Counted from the first letter of the stretch, positions 1-11,243 are shown. The stretch: 20,000 nt of DNA from Chiloscyllium plagiosum (GCF_004010195.1 NC_057749.1:20857445-20877444), one strand, 5' to 3'. Translations and numbers: made by a program. Notes: generated by a model from the letters alone, not told the origin.

Positions 1-467
1 TATTAAGCTGAATATGACTGAGTGTGTTTTTGAACCAGGTTTAAATGGACTGGTAAATGTGTGTTAAACCCCTGCATAAAATAATTCACCCTCTGGCCTT
101 GGAGATACATACCCTCCTTAAATTGAGCTCTGATTCATTCGCTTAGCTATTGTGCTTTCTGCTCCTTATGTAAATTCACTTGCAGAGGTTAGTTTCCATT
201 CAACAACCTTGTTATCAACAATTAGCTGGTTGGAATAATTAGATTTGTCCATTTTAGTCATTTCAATCGCTTTGGAAGGGCCTTTCCTTGGTGTGAACAA
301 CTATTTTTGTTTGCACGTAAGCCCCTGGATTTGGCTATACTGTATTCAATTATTTTGCATTGTGTTTATACCACACAGTTGTCCAAGTGAGCATTTGAAT
401 ATGAACAGGTTCTTGTTTTTCATTTTATCTATACGTGACATTTTCCTCTTGGGTGTTTGTTAATAAA

Positions 468-675
468 TAAAGTCACCACAGTCTTACCATTAACATAGGA
501 CTACTCTCCCATTAGAGAGAGTGACTGGTGGGTGCTTGAGGGTCACCGTGCCTCAGGCAAGGCAGAGGTTGAGAAGGAGAGCTCTTCATGGTAACCTCAG
601 CTGGTATGGAATTGAACCCGCACTGTTGGCATCACACTGCATTTCAAACTAGCCATCGAGTTAACTGAACTAACC
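468..675 (-). mobile_element. tRNA-derived SINE (~210 bp), copy 1
   Basis: Reverse complement starts GGTTAGTTCAGTT (A-box-like), contains GGGTTCAATTCC (B-box) and ends in GACTTTATTT. A clearly homologous diverged copy lies at 7311-7511. Confidence 0.75.
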
Positions 676-760
676 AAATAATATTGATGTGTTCTGTATT
701 AGAATCCTCAGCATAGGCTCAGATTATTCCAGTGGCTGTTTTTGCTGTCCGTCTTTTTAA

Positions 761-1762
761 TTCCCCCATCCACGTGTTCAACAATGCCCTCCAGTGCATC
801 GCTTCCATTTCCTGCACCTTTGCCCTCAAACTCCACCCGTCTAACTGCAACAAGGATAGACCCCCTCAGTCCTCACCTTCCACCTAACTAATCTCCAGAT
901 ACAGTGCATTATTCACTGTCATTTCTGCCACCTTCAGTCAGACCCCACCACCAAAGATATATTTCCCTCCCCGCCCCATCTGCATTCCATAGAGACCATT
1001 CCCTTCGCAACTACCTTGTTGGGAGTCAGCACCCTTCCACCAACCCAACCTTCACACCCGGCACCTTCCTTTGCCACCACATGAGTCGTAAAACCTGTGC
1101 CCACACCTCTACCCCTCACCTCCGCCCAAGTTCCCAAAGAACCTTTTCATGTCTGGCAGAGATTTTCCTGCACATCCACCCACCTCATTTACTGTGTCTG
1201 TTGCTCTCGATATGGTCTCCTCTACATCAGGACACCAACTTGTGGAGCATTTCAGAGAACATCTCTGGGACAAATGTGCCAAACAACCCCCTGTGGCTGA
1301 CCACTTCAACTCTCCCTCCACTCCACCAAGGACATGGAAGTCCTGGGACTCCTTCATTGCCAAATCCATGCCATCGCCAACAGGAGGAAAAACGCCTCAT
1401 CTTCCACCTTGGGACCCTCCACATGGCATCAACATTGACTTCACTAATTTCCAAATCTCCCCTCCCCCCACCTCATCCCAGGTCCAACCCTCCAACTTGG
1501 TACTGCGCTCTTGACCAGTCCTACCTGTCCATCTTCCTTCCCACCTATCCACTCCACCCTCCCCACTGACCTATCACAATCACTCCCCACTTGCATTCAC
1601 CTGTGGCCTTCCTGCCTACCTTCCCCCAGCCCCACTCCCACTCCCCATTTATCTCTCATCCCTCTTCCCCCTCCACATTCCTGATGAAGGACCTATACCC
1701 GAAACGTTGACTCTCCTGCTCCTTAGATGCTGTCTGACCTGCTGTGCTTTTCCAGCTCCACC
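761..1762 (+). mobile_element. Penelope-like retroelement, 3' part (decayed RT C-terminus/linker, GIY-YIG endonuclease, C-rich 3' region, terminal repeat with hammerhead motif)
   Basis: Frameshifted translation FSCTSTHLIYCVCCSRYGLLYI matches the PLE GIY-YIG signature (IYCI.C..C.LLYIGET). It is preceded by RKTCAH and followed by EHFREHL..PVADHFNS and EKRLIFHLGTL. CTGATGA..GAAAC at 1681-1705. Paralogous to 12083-12995. Confidence 0.85.
1677..1712 (+). ncRNA. Degenerate minimal hammerhead ribozyme motif of the PLE terminal repeat
   Basis: attc-CTGATGA(1681-1687)-a-gg..ccc-GAAA(1701-1704)-CGTT-gact. Core boxes are intact, stem III is palindromic (AACGTT), stems I and II carry mismatches. Confidence 0.6.
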
Positions 1763-1784
1763 CGTTTTGACCCTGAAAAAGGCA

Positions 1785-2292
1785 TTCTACAATTCTGGTT
1801 ACCCTTCTATGCGGAAGGTTGTAGTTATTCTTGAAAGGGTACAGAAAAGACTGACAGGATATTGTGAAACTGAGGTTGGAGTTATAGGAAGACGCTGAAT
1901 AGACTGAGGCTTTTTTCCCTGCAGTGTCAGAGGCTGAGGGGTGACCTTATAGAAGTCAATGGAATCATGAGAGACCTGGATAGGGAGAATAGCCAAAGTC
2001 TTTTTCCTAGGTTACGGAGTCCAAAACTAGAAGACATAAGTTTGAAGTGAGATGGAAAAGATGGAAACGGGACCCGAGGGTAACTTTCTCATGCAGAGTG
2101 TGGAGCATTTATGGAATGAACTGTTAAAGAAAGTGGTGGAGCCAGGTACAATTGCAACATTTAAAAGGCATCTGGATGGGTATATGAATAGGAAGGGTTT
2201 AGAGGGATATGGGCCAAATGCTGGAAAAGGTTATATTAGGATGTCTGGTCAGCACAGACAAGTTGACCGAAGGGTCTGTTTCAGTGCTGTTT
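1785..2292 (+). mobile_element. CR1 (HER1-like) LINE, 5'-truncated 3' fragment
   Basis: Translates in pieces as LERVQKRLT, GNFLMQSVEHLWNELLKKVVEPGTIATFKRHLDGYMNRKGLEGYG, followed by the CR1 tail GACCGAAGGGTCTGTTTC. Very similar to 19130-19345. Confidence 0.9.
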
Positions 2293-2956
2293 GGTTAAAC
2301 TTCCCCAGTCTTATGCAGACAACTTTAGAGGTGGGAGTGGCAGCACGTTTTGGGGACCTGGCATCAGGACAGATCCCTGAGCATCTAACCCCTCACCCAC
2401 CACTGAGTAATTTTGCTGGAGCCAACTTTTGGCCAGCACTGACCTACCCAGCGGTCAGTTGTGGGCAGGTAATTCAGTTCAATTAAGTGCCCACTCAGAG
2501 TCACATTGTTGACACATATCTCATCTGGTCAGATGAGCACACCCCTGCTACCTCCTTCAATTCTCTCCATCCACCATTCCTGGATCTGTAGGCCCCAGAC
2601 ATTAAGCGGCACAAGCATAGACCATTCTGTGGAATGATTTCAGAGGTTGTGGCGCCAATAATTGTTTTTACATGTTTACAATCTTAACAATTGCAGTAAA
2701 ATACAGCTCAATGAATTACTCATGAAAACTATATTACCCCAATTGATAGCTGCTATTCATAATGTACCATTGCATTTATTTCATTGAAACTGTAAATATT
2801 CAGGTTTGCTCGGCGATTATGATCTCCAACAACAAAAGGACATCCAACTCCCTATAGCATTGTAGAATCACTGACCAACGTTCAGGGGGTCACCCGTCCA
2901 TCACTGACACATCATAGATTGGATCTTACAGGTTTCAAGCCTTCCCTCTGCTTCCT

Positions 2957-3020
2957 GTTTATTTGATTTAATTTGATTTGATTTATCTTCACATGCTAAA
3001 AGGAAGTACAATGAAAAAGC
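2957..3020 (-). mobile_element. Short retroposon 3' tail with (TTTGA)n, Rex1/Babar-like
   Basis: ttgatttgatttatcttcacatg...tacaatgaaaaagc resembles 11611-11698 (tttattattgtcacatg..gatacagtgaaaagtg). Confidence 0.4.
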
Positions 3021-4184
3021 ATTCATCCATGGCTATGATATTGCACCATTTTGAAGGTTTAAGAATTAGAGAAAAAATTCAAAGGGGTAGCTGAAAGAGA
3101 AGTCTGAGCTGATCCTCAGACGCTGTGTTTTGCTGCTGGGCCAATTCACCTCCATCGTGACCTTGCTGCTGCTGGCGCCAGACTCACTAATGTGAAAGCA
3201 GTGTCTCTCACTGCGGCCCATCTCATCGATGTTGCCACCTTGCCCTTCCACCACAGTTTCACTGCCACCAGTACCAGACCCAACCAGTGATTAGGAAGCC
3301 GAAGTATTTGAAGAAAATAACTAGGGGACATTTAGACATCCCAGTAAGCCTAATGACCTGAATAGAATGCTACCCTTGCCAGGATATGATTAGTATGGGC
3401 AGGCCTTGTTTTTAACAGCTCACATGAGAACAGGTGGGAAGGAAATTGGGGGACATCATTCAGTGGGTATCCTACGCAGATGTGAGACAACCCTCATGAC
3501 ATATCACCCCACTGCCTTCCCTCCTTTCCTTACATGCGGCCAGCTGGGCAAAGCCCTTGTCTTCAGTCCCTCCCAGGTTTTGCCATGATCCTCTCCGGGC
3601 ACCTTCCTGCAGCCCCAGCAGCGGCCAGGACTGGGCTGTGGCACTGGTGGGGTAGAGGTGCAGCTGGCCAATCAGACAGGCTGGCAGACTCCTCTGGCAT
3701 GACCTTATCATGCTGAGGGTCACATGTCCCACTGTCAACCAGGTTAGAATGTTTGAAGCAAGGCGTGTTGCAGGATTAGCTGGCATGGAGCTTCTGGGTT
3801 AGTGGGAAGTAGTCTTTAGTTCTAAAGATAAATGAAAGAAAACAATTTATTTAACCTGCACTTTTTTTGAGTTGAGGTGGGGATGCTTTTTGCTCCTCCA
3901 TTTCTCTCCTTTATTTCCCTCTATCTTCTCCTTCCCAAGGTTGCAACACTGGGATATTTGTAGCTCCTCATCATTTCACCTAGGTTGCCTTCACATCAGA
4001 GCCCAGAGGTGGTCCGCTACTTTAATCTAACCCAGAAAGACGTATAAGCCTCTTATGTCGAGCCTCAGCCCCGGTAGAATGATAATGATGGATATGCATT
4101 CTCAAACTTGCTTGATTACCTTTGGAAATAGAATCATTTAATGGTTACTGCATTAAATGTCTTTTCTCAGTGAGTTCAAGTGCA

Positions 4185-4498
4185 ACTCACCTAGCTCAAC
4201 TCTTCTACCTCTTTCACCATAGCCCTGCAAATCTTTGCCATTAAGGTGCTCATCCAGTTCCCTTTGAAAAACTGCAATGCAAGCCATTAAAAGGACTTTT
4301 GAGGAGCACTGGTTAGTGTCCCTACCTCTGAATTTAAGGTAGTGCATTACAGATCCTAACCATTCACAGCACAATAGGTTTTCTTCATGTTACCTTTGTT
4401 TCCTTTGCAAGCCCCTTAAATTCAAATCATCTAGTTCTCAAATCTTCTGCCATTGGTCTTTACTCTGTATTAACCCTTGATGATTTCAATACTTCTAT
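4185..4498 (-). mobile_element. Old CR1 LINE 3' fragment
   Basis: Minus-strand translation IAVFQRELDEHLNGKDLQGYGERG is the typical CR1 ORF2 C-terminus. Confidence 0.75.
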
Positions 4499-4499
4499 C

Positions 4500-4848
4500 A
4501 TTTTGCACAGATTGTAAGGTCTTGCTTAAGTATATAGAAAAGGAGGAGAGTAGCTAAAGTAACTGCTGGTCCTATAGAAATAGAGACAGGAGAAGTAATT
4601 GTGGAAAATGATGAAATAGCACAGACATAACAAATACTTGGAGCTGTCTTCACTATGGAAGACTCAAGTAATAGAGGGTTATTTAGGAGCAAAAACAGTG
4701 AGGAAATTAAGGAAATGAATTTCAGCAAAGAGAAAGGAAAAGTGGTGAAAAGGAACAAATCTGCAATTTCTGTGACCTGAAAACCAACATCCTTAAATTT
4801 GAAAACTGAAAGCTGCAGAGATAGTAGATGTGTTAGTTATGATTTGCT
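4500..4848 (+). mobile_element. Old CR1 ORF2 fragment (endonuclease-RT linker)
   Basis: Purine-rich decayed ORF: KYIEKERRVAKVTAGPIEIETGEVIVENDEIAQT*QILGAVFTMED. Parallels 17760-17900. Confidence 0.65.
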
Positions 4849-4860
4849 CTGGCTCTCTCA

Positions 4861-5115
4861 GACCTCCCATACTAGTTTAAACCTTCCCGAGTGGCACTTG
4901 CAAGCCACCCTGCCAGGATATGGTGTCCCTCTGGTTTAGGTAAAACACATCCCAACTGCTCCAGAAGACATCCCAATGATCCACATAACTGAAGCCCTTC
5001 CTCCTACGTCAGTTGTTTAGCCCTGTATTTGACTGTACTATCATCCTATCCTAGCCTCGCTGACATGTGGCACAGGAAGTAATCCTGAGATTACAGCCCT
5101 CGAGGTCCTGCTTTT
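4861..5115 (-). mobile_element. CR1 ORF1 fragment (SGNH/GDSL esterase-like domain)
   Basis: Minus strand reads KSRTSRAVISGLLPVPHVSEAR...RRKGFSYVDHWDVFW, matching the esterase-type ORF1 of vertebrate CR1 elements. Confidence 0.75.
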
Positions 5116-5335
5116 CAATATGTTATGATTAGAATGAATCGATGTGGTTTTACTATGGGGAAATCTTGTTTGACAAATTTATTAATGTTTTTTGTTGAGG
5201 ATGTGGCTAGTAGGATAGATAAGGTAGAGCCAACAGAAAACCTGGATTTCCAAAAATAGTGTGATAAGGTACTATGCAGAAAGGCAGGATAGGGATCCAT
5301 GGAATTGGGGATTGTATAGTGTCATGAATAGAGGT
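5116..5335 (+). mobile_element. Old CR1 RT fragment
   Basis: CGFTMGKSCLTNLL...LDFQK is a decayed version of the QHGF..GKSCLTNL..YLDFQKAFD motifs. Confidence 0.75.
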
Positions 5336-5374
5336 TTGATTAATAAATGATAAGCAGAGGGAAGGTGTGAAACT

Positions 5375-5730
5375 GATAAAGTTCTCACAGGACTACACAG
5401 GGTCAACACATGTTTCAGATGATTAGCTAGACTATAATCGGAGTCAAAGTTTAAGGATACAGGATGGACCATTTAGGACTGAGATGAAGAGAAATGTCCA
5501 CGCAGAGAGAGGTGAGCCTATAGAATTCTCTGCCATAGAAAGTGGTTGAGGTCAAAACAATGAATGTTTTTAAGAAGAAATTAGATATAGTTCTTGGGGG
5601 CTAAATGAATCAAAGGATTTGGGGGAGAAAGTGGGATCAGGGAACTGAGTTGGATGATCAGCCATGATCATAATGAATGTTGGAGCAGGCTCGAAAGGCA
5701 TACTCCTGCTCCTATTTTCAATGTTTCTGT
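5375..5730 (+). mobile_element. CR1 LINE 3' fragment
   Basis: PFRTEMKRN..WNSLP..VVE..NVFKKKLDI-type remnant, then the tail TTGGATGATCAGCCATGATCA..GGAGCAGGCTCGAA..TACTCCTGCTCCTATTTT. Same subfamily as 10900-11243. Confidence 0.8.
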
Positions 5731-6162
5731 AAATATTGAATTTTCAATTTGGTAGCTTATGGCTTGGGGAGTGCTGTACACATCAGCTATTTAGAATTTA
5801 TATAAACCACCTAGCTGCAGGGACAGAGGAATGATTTTTTTTGGCTGTGGCAGCCGTGAGGAATTCTGCCCTCACTCAGGGGTAAGGCTCACCTTCAGGA
5901 GATTGCATGCCAATCTGCTTCATTGTTCCTGATGGTGCCAGAGCTCATCTGTGGGCACTGCCAATGGGACCAGGCAGAGGGTCAAAGAGGAATCTTCCTG
6001 CCTCAGAACGGAAAGTCTTGGGCTTTAAGGTGGAGTGGGATCCTGGTGTCCAGGGAGTAGAGAGAGTGACATGGCAGCCATTTTCTGTCCCTCCCACTGA
6101 AAATGGGAGGGATGGAGGCAATGTAATAGCTAATCCACTGTGAGCCACTTTCATCTCCACAG

Positions 6163-6458
6163 TTAGATAGATAGATAGATTACCTACAGCGTGGAAATAG
6201 GCCCTTCGGCCCAACAAGTCCACACCGACCTTCCGAAGAGAAACCATTCCCCTATATTTACCCCTGACTAATCCACCTAACACCACAGGCAATTTCCCAT
6301 GGCCAATTCACCTGACCTGCACATCTTTGGACTGCGGGAGGAAACCGGAGCACCCGGAGAAAACCCACGCAGACACGGGGAGAATGTGCAAACTCCACAC
6401 AGACAGTTGCCCGAGATGGGAATTGAACCCGGGTCTCTGGCAATGTGAGGCAGCAGTG
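6163..6458 (-). mobile_element. HE1-type V-SINE, near full length (A-box end missing)
   Basis: B-box GGGTTCAATTCCC on the minus strand at 6418-6430, V-domain TGTCTGTGTGGAGTTTGCACATTCTCCCCGTGTCTGCGTGGGTTT, CR1-derived 3' tail and (TCTA)n terminus. Confidence 0.92.
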
Positions 6459-6474
6459 AATGGAAAAAAGGAGT

Positions 6475-6825
6475 GATCATGAAAAGCTGAATAAATTGGA
6501 ACTATATAGTCTGGAATTTCATTGAATTAGACAAAATCACATTGGAACGGGCAAGATTCTGAAAGGACTTTGTAGGATCAAATGCTGACAGATTGTGTTT
6601 GCAGGTCAGCGAATTTAAAACATGATGGTGTTTAAGTGCAGGGGGGATGGTGGGATAAGGAGGTGATCATTTTGGATAGAGGTGAGGAGAAATTACTTCA
6701 GTCAAGGTATTGTGAGTCCTAGTAATTGCCTACCTCAGAGGGTTGTGGATGCTGCAATGTAAAGTACATTCCAGCATGGGACAGTCAGAGTTTGAAGCTC
6801 TCAGGGTATGGGGAGAGGGGAATGT
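6475..6825 (+). mobile_element. Highly decayed CR1 3' fragment
   Basis: Remnants of LNKLELYSLEF and EVRRNYFSQGIV..LPQRVVDAA. Confidence 0.6.
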
Positions 6826-7014
6826 CAATCTAACGCATCGATGATTGAGAGCCAGAGGTTTCTAAAGGCTCATCATGATGACATGTCTTCATCCTCCAAA
6901 CAAAATCTAGAACCTTATTGGCCTTTGAATCAGCCTTCTCAAACTGCCACCTTCAATGCTTTATGCACATATAACCCCCACACCTCCCTCTAGAATAATT
7001 AGGGGATTTGAGGA

Positions 7015-7235
7015 GGAGGGTGAGAGTCTCTGGAACTCACTGCCTATATGTGTGCTAGATGCAGGAATCCTCAAGACAATTAATAGGTATGTAGATGATC
7101 ACTTGAAACACCACAGCATACAAGGCTATGGACTAGTGCTGGAAAATAGGATTAGAAAGTGTAGACGTATGCTGAGCAGTGCAGAGATGATGGGCTGTTT
7201 GGCCTTTTTCTGCACTGTAAAAGCTCTATGATTCT
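7015..7235 (+). mobile_element. Old CR1 3' end
   Basis: SLWNSLPICVLDAGILKTINRYVDDHLKHHSIQGYG, then tail GATGGGCTG..TGGCCT..CTGCACTGTAAA..CTATGATTCT. Confidence 0.75.
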
Positions 7236-7310
7236 CATTATGCCTTTAATTTTGTCTTGCTTTTCATTATTTATCAGAACATATCACCTTGTACTTCTCT
7301 GAATTCAGGA

Positions 7311-7511
7311 AAAGTTACCTTAGTCTTACCAGATCATGGGGTTGCTTTCTCATCAGAGAGAGAAAAATGACTGGTGGTGGTTTTACCTAAGTCTTAGGCA
7401 AGGGTGGGAGATTGAGAAGAAGCGTCTTTTGTGGTAATTTCAGCTGGTACAGGAATCAAAACCACACTGTAGGTATCATTCTGCATCGCAAACCAGTGAA
7501 GTGAACTAACC
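7311..7511 (-). mobile_element. tRNA-derived SINE, copy 2 (same family as 468-675)
   Basis: Colinear similarity to 468-675 (agtcttacca, agagaga, gactggtg, aggcaagg, gagaag, cagctggta, gaactaacc). Confidence 0.72.
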
Positions 7512-7630
7512 AACTCCCTACATCTCTGAGCTATATATCATATATCAAATGGTTAGCTATTCCAGCAGCCTATAGGAGAGTACTCATCCAAACATCTGAA
7601 AATGGTGAATCATTTTGCTTAATATACCTG

Positions 7631-7845
7631 AGTGATTAAATTCCTTACAGTGTGGAAACAGGCCCTTTGGCCCAACAAGTCCACACCAACCTTCTGAAGC
7701 GTAACCCACCCAGACCTATTCCCCTATATTTACCCCTGATTAATGCACCTAACCCTATGGGCACTTTAGCATAGCCAATTCACCTAACCTGCACAACTTT
7801 GGATTATGGGAGGAAACCCATGTAGACACAGGGAGAATCTGCAAA
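7631..7845 (-). mobile_element. HE1-type V-SINE, 5'-truncated
   Basis: Homologous to 6163-6458 and 10046-10384. Confidence 0.88.
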
Positions 7846-8084
7846 AAGCCCATGTAAATAAAGCACTTTCCTCTCCAGAAGGACATTGGTACAATTATGA
7901 ATCATTTGGGTTTATAATGAGGGCTCAATAATTTCATTTTCACTTTTCACTAACATCAGCTTTATCTTCTTACAGCTTTTGTGTAAAACTGAATTTGGTT
8001 CCTTAAAATGCCATTCTCATGTTAAGAGCTCACACTGTCCATTAATGTGGCCATTGGAATAATCTACCATGAGGCAGACACTTG

Positions 8085-8235
8085 GAGGTAAAGGGATATT
8101 TGAACAACTGTTTGTAGTAGAGATTAATGGGATGCAGAATCTGTGGAATGAGGTTGTTGTTTTTGACCAGCATGGTTGTGATTTGCCAAAGAGCCTTTTA
8201 CTGGACTGTAGACCTCTACAATTCTATGACTCTAA
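8085..8235 (+). mobile_element. Very old CR1 3' tail
   Basis: Ends GCCAAAGAGCCTTTTACTGGACTGTAGACCTCTACAATTCTATGACTCTA, a typical CR1 terminus. Confidence 0.5.
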
Positions 8236-8555
8236 TTCATTTTAAATTGTTCTAGTAAGTGAAAAACGCATATTTAAAGAGTTAAATTATACTATTTTGT
8301 GCTACAAAGCTCCAAGCCTCTACCTCCATTTGAGTATACTATTTGCTGCACCATTGAAAGAGCTCTATGACCTTTCTCTGGAATGTTTCACTGAAGAATG
8401 AATTGCACAGCTCCAATACTGCACTTGGTTGGATTTGAAAGATTTTGTTGCAAATGCTACTTGTTAGAAACTGATGGCCTTTTGTTGAGTTTATTGCTAG
8501 TTTATACTAAATATTCCTTGTGGATTGTCTCAAAGAAAAAAAGTAAAGAAATAGA

Positions 8556-8661
8556 GGAATTGTATAGCAGCTTTTAAGAACTCAGGATGTCCCAAATCAT
8601 TTTAGTTGCTGAACAACTTTGAAATGTAGATTATTAACATGTGCACAGCAGGATCCCACAA
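8556..8661 (-). mobile_element. Ancient SINE 3' fragment (DeuSINE/SacSINE1-like)
   Basis: tgtatagcagctttt..ctcaggatgtcccaaa..ttgaaatgtag..gtgcacagcaggatcccaca resembles the recalled 3' part of the shark Deu-domain SINE. The family name is from memory and unverified. Confidence 0.55.
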
Positions 8662-8664
8662 GGT

Positions 8665-9050
8665 CCATCACATCCATGCTGGTCAACAGTTAGCCAACTG
8701 GCCTAACCCCACTTTCCAGCTCACTATCTTCAGTTGCATATCCAAATGTTTTTTAAACGTTATGTGGATTTCTGTTCCAAATCACTTTCAAGTGGGGAGC
8801 TCCAGATCTCTACCATCTTCTGGGAGAAAAGAAATATTCCCCTTCATTCCCCATATAATCTGTTATCTCAAATCTATGCCCCTGTTATGGGCCCTTTCAT
8901 CCCAAAGTCCCATCAATACATCCTATGTAGACTACTCATAATTTTACACATTTCTATTTAGGTATCGCCATAGTATCATCTACTCTAAAAGAAAACAATC
9001 CCAGCCTATCCCAATCTTTGCTCCGAACAAACATTTTCCAGTCCAGACAA
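8665..9050 (-). mobile_element. Decayed CR1 3' fragment
   Basis: Minus strand: DWDRLGLFSFR (from ORF 8954-9388), with further remnants such as WSSP and FKKHLDMQL. Confidence 0.65.
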
Positions 9051-9120
9051 ATCCCCTTCTGTGGCCTCTCGTGGACTGACAAGTTTACAGAATTACAAAT
9101 CGTGTTGGATATTTTGACTG

Positions 9121-9368
9121 TCATCATTGAATCCGTACAGTGTGGAAGCAGGCCATTTGGCCCATCAAGTCCACACCAACCCTTCGAAGAGCATCCCACC
9201 CAGACCCACCCTATCCCAGTAACCCTACACTTCCCATGGCTAACCCACCTAGCCTGCACATCACTGCACACTATGGGCAATTTCCCATGGCCAATCCACC
9301 TAACCTGCACATCTTTAGACTGTGGGAGGGAACCAGAGCAGCCAGAAAAAGCCCATGCATACACAGGG
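9121..9368 (-). mobile_element. HE1-type V-SINE, 5'-truncated
   Basis: Homologous to the other HE1 copies. Shows the internally duplicated CACCTA(A/G)CCTGCACATC block. Confidence 0.88.
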
Positions 9369-9501
9369 TCTTTCATCAATCTCTTCAATCAGTTTACATA
9401 ATTGGCAGCCATCAAAGTAAGAGTCTCTGTGAGACTGTGGGCTATTTGCTTCCTTCAGGAAATATACTGGAAATGGAAACCGAATCATTCACCTTTATAC
9501 C

Positions 9502-9584
9502 AAACCAGAAGGCATTGAGAACACTCAGCAGGTCAGGCAGCATCTGTGGAAAGAACAGAATGTGGAAGGTTAGGATAACGTTTC
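9502..9584 (-). mobile_element. Short PLE terminal-repeat remnant
   Basis: Reverse complement GAAACGTT...CAGATGCTGCCTGACCTGCTGAGTGTT matches the PLE end at 1701-1750 (gaaacgtt..agatgctgtctgacctgctgtgctt). Confidence 0.65.
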
Positions 9585-10045
9585 CTACAGTCAGTGTATA
9601 CACTGCCCTAAAGCTGAGCAATAGCACTTATATGTTTCATGCTATTGTTTGGTTGTCAAGATTGTTGAGGACTATTGATTCAGGCACTATCAAACATATA
9701 CACACCTAAATTAGGTAAGTGACACAGGTCTCCCCCAGTATCGTTTCAGTTAGGTTATCAACTGTGATGTGCTTAAACAGTGACATATCACAGTGACATT
9801 GCTAGAGCACAAGAATTGTTTGGCACGTACTTATGATGAGCCTCTGAAAGAGCTACCAATTAGTCTCTCTCTCCCTGCTGTAGCCCCAGAGCCATGCAAA
9901 TGTCCCCTTCTTAAATAAAGATTAAATCCATGATGCCTTGTCCTCTTAATGCTGAGCGATGACCTCAGTGTGAACCTAACAGAGAATGCTCAACTGTATT
10001 AGAACTTGTACAAGCTGGATGTAAACCCCTGAGTTGGGTCTATTG

Positions 10046-10384
10046 GAATCATAGAGTCTCTACACTGTGAAAACAGGCCCTTCAGCCCAACAAGTCCACA
10101 CTGACCCTCCGAAGAGCAATCCACCCAGACCATTCCCCCTACCCTATGTTTACCTCTGACTAACACACCCAGCCTATACATCCCTGAACACTATGGACAA
10201 TTCAGCATAGCCAATTCACCTAACCTGCACATCTTTGGACGGTCGAAGAAAACTGGAGCACCCAGAGGAAACCCAAGCAAGACACGGGGAGAACGTGCAA
10301 ACTCCACACAGTCGCCTGAGACTGGAATCAAACCCAGGTTCCTGACACTATGAGGCAGCAGTACTCACCACTGAGCCACTGTGC
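10046..10384 (-). mobile_element. HE1-type V-SINE, full length
   Basis: Minus strand begins GCACAGTGGCTCAGTGGTGAG (A-box), then GGGTTTGATTCCA (B-box), V-domain, and a CR1-like tail ending CTCTATGATTC. Confidence 0.92.
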
Positions 10385-10899
10385 ACAAGTTGAAGGCAAA
10401 CCTCCACATTAGGTCTAATTATGTTGCGTTTGGGTACATTGGTAATTGTGAGCAGCAGTGATCAAGGAAGTGTGTGTAATGGCTAACAAAAGGCAGCATA
10501 ATCATTAGCTGTGAAGTTGTACATGTTTTGTCATACAACATGGCCATTGAAACTGACATTACTCGAAGTATTTCAAAGAGGACGCTTTGGTTTTGTCACA
10601 GAGAAGAAGAAGGCAGTGCCTTCCCATGACGGCAATGAGGAACTTGTCAAAGTCAGTAAATGGAAGCAAGTTTGTTCCTGGATTACATTTGATTGACATG
10701 AATATTGATATCTACGTACCATTAAAACTATTTAGCAAAGACTAAAACTGACACAGCACATGGTAGTTAGTCATTACATGGAAAACTTTCATTCCAACCT
10801 TGGCAAATTAACAAGCTTTTGTGATTATTGCAAGGACTTACCTGTATTTTTTACAAGTACAAATAATGTAGAATGTAAAAGCACTTCCAAGAATGATAA

Positions 10900-11243
10900 C
10901 ATTTATAAAATTCTAACAGGATTAGCAGGAAGGATGTTCTCAATGACTCGTGGCTCCAGAACCGGGGATCCAGGCAAGGCAATTTAGCAATGAGATGATG
11001 AGAAATATCTTCACCCAGAGACTGGGGAGTCTGTGAAATTCTCTACCATAGAAAGCAGTTGGGGCCAAATCATTGAATGTTTTCAAGATGGAGTTATACA
11101 TAGTCCTTAGGGATAAAGAGACCAAATGGTATGGGGGAGAGAGTGGGAATAGAGTATTGAGTTGGATGATCAGTGATGATCATATTGAATTGCAGACCAG
11201 GTTTGAAGGGCTGAATAGCCTACTCCTGCTCCAATTTTCATGA
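10900..11243 (+). mobile_element. CR1 LINE 3' fragment
   Basis: IYKILTGL..RMF, EMMRNIFTQR, NVFKMEL remnants. Tail shared with 5375-5730. Confidence 0.8.

Noticed and set aside
904..1569. 221-aa ORF (and 11915-12472, 12424-12933) as a host gene
   Set aside because: These are mixed-frame readings of C-rich, stop-poor Penelope sequence. The GIY-YIG motifs are scattered across frames, so there is no intact protein.
8954..9709. Overlapping 127-189 aa ORFs
   Set aside because: They run through an HE1 SINE, a CR1 remnant and a PLE remnant, with no recognisable domain.
9778..9799. Direct repeat CAGTGACAT x2
   Set aside because: A 9-bp local duplication with no further structure, consistent with ordinary slippage.
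10300..10384. tRNA gene (A and B boxes); likewise 600-675
   Set aside because: The boxes belong to SINE heads, continue into SINE bodies, and no complete cloverleaf is evident.
10560..10680. Possible minus-strand exon (GTNLLPFTDFDKFLIAVMGRH...)
   Set aside because: No polypyrimidine tract before the AG, weak donor, and no protein I recognise. RNA-seq would be needed.
10835..10843. Perfect splice donor CAG|GTAAGT on the minus strand
   Set aside because: No plausible upstream exon or acceptor, and the sequence soon enters a CR1 fragment. Isolated donors are expected by chance.
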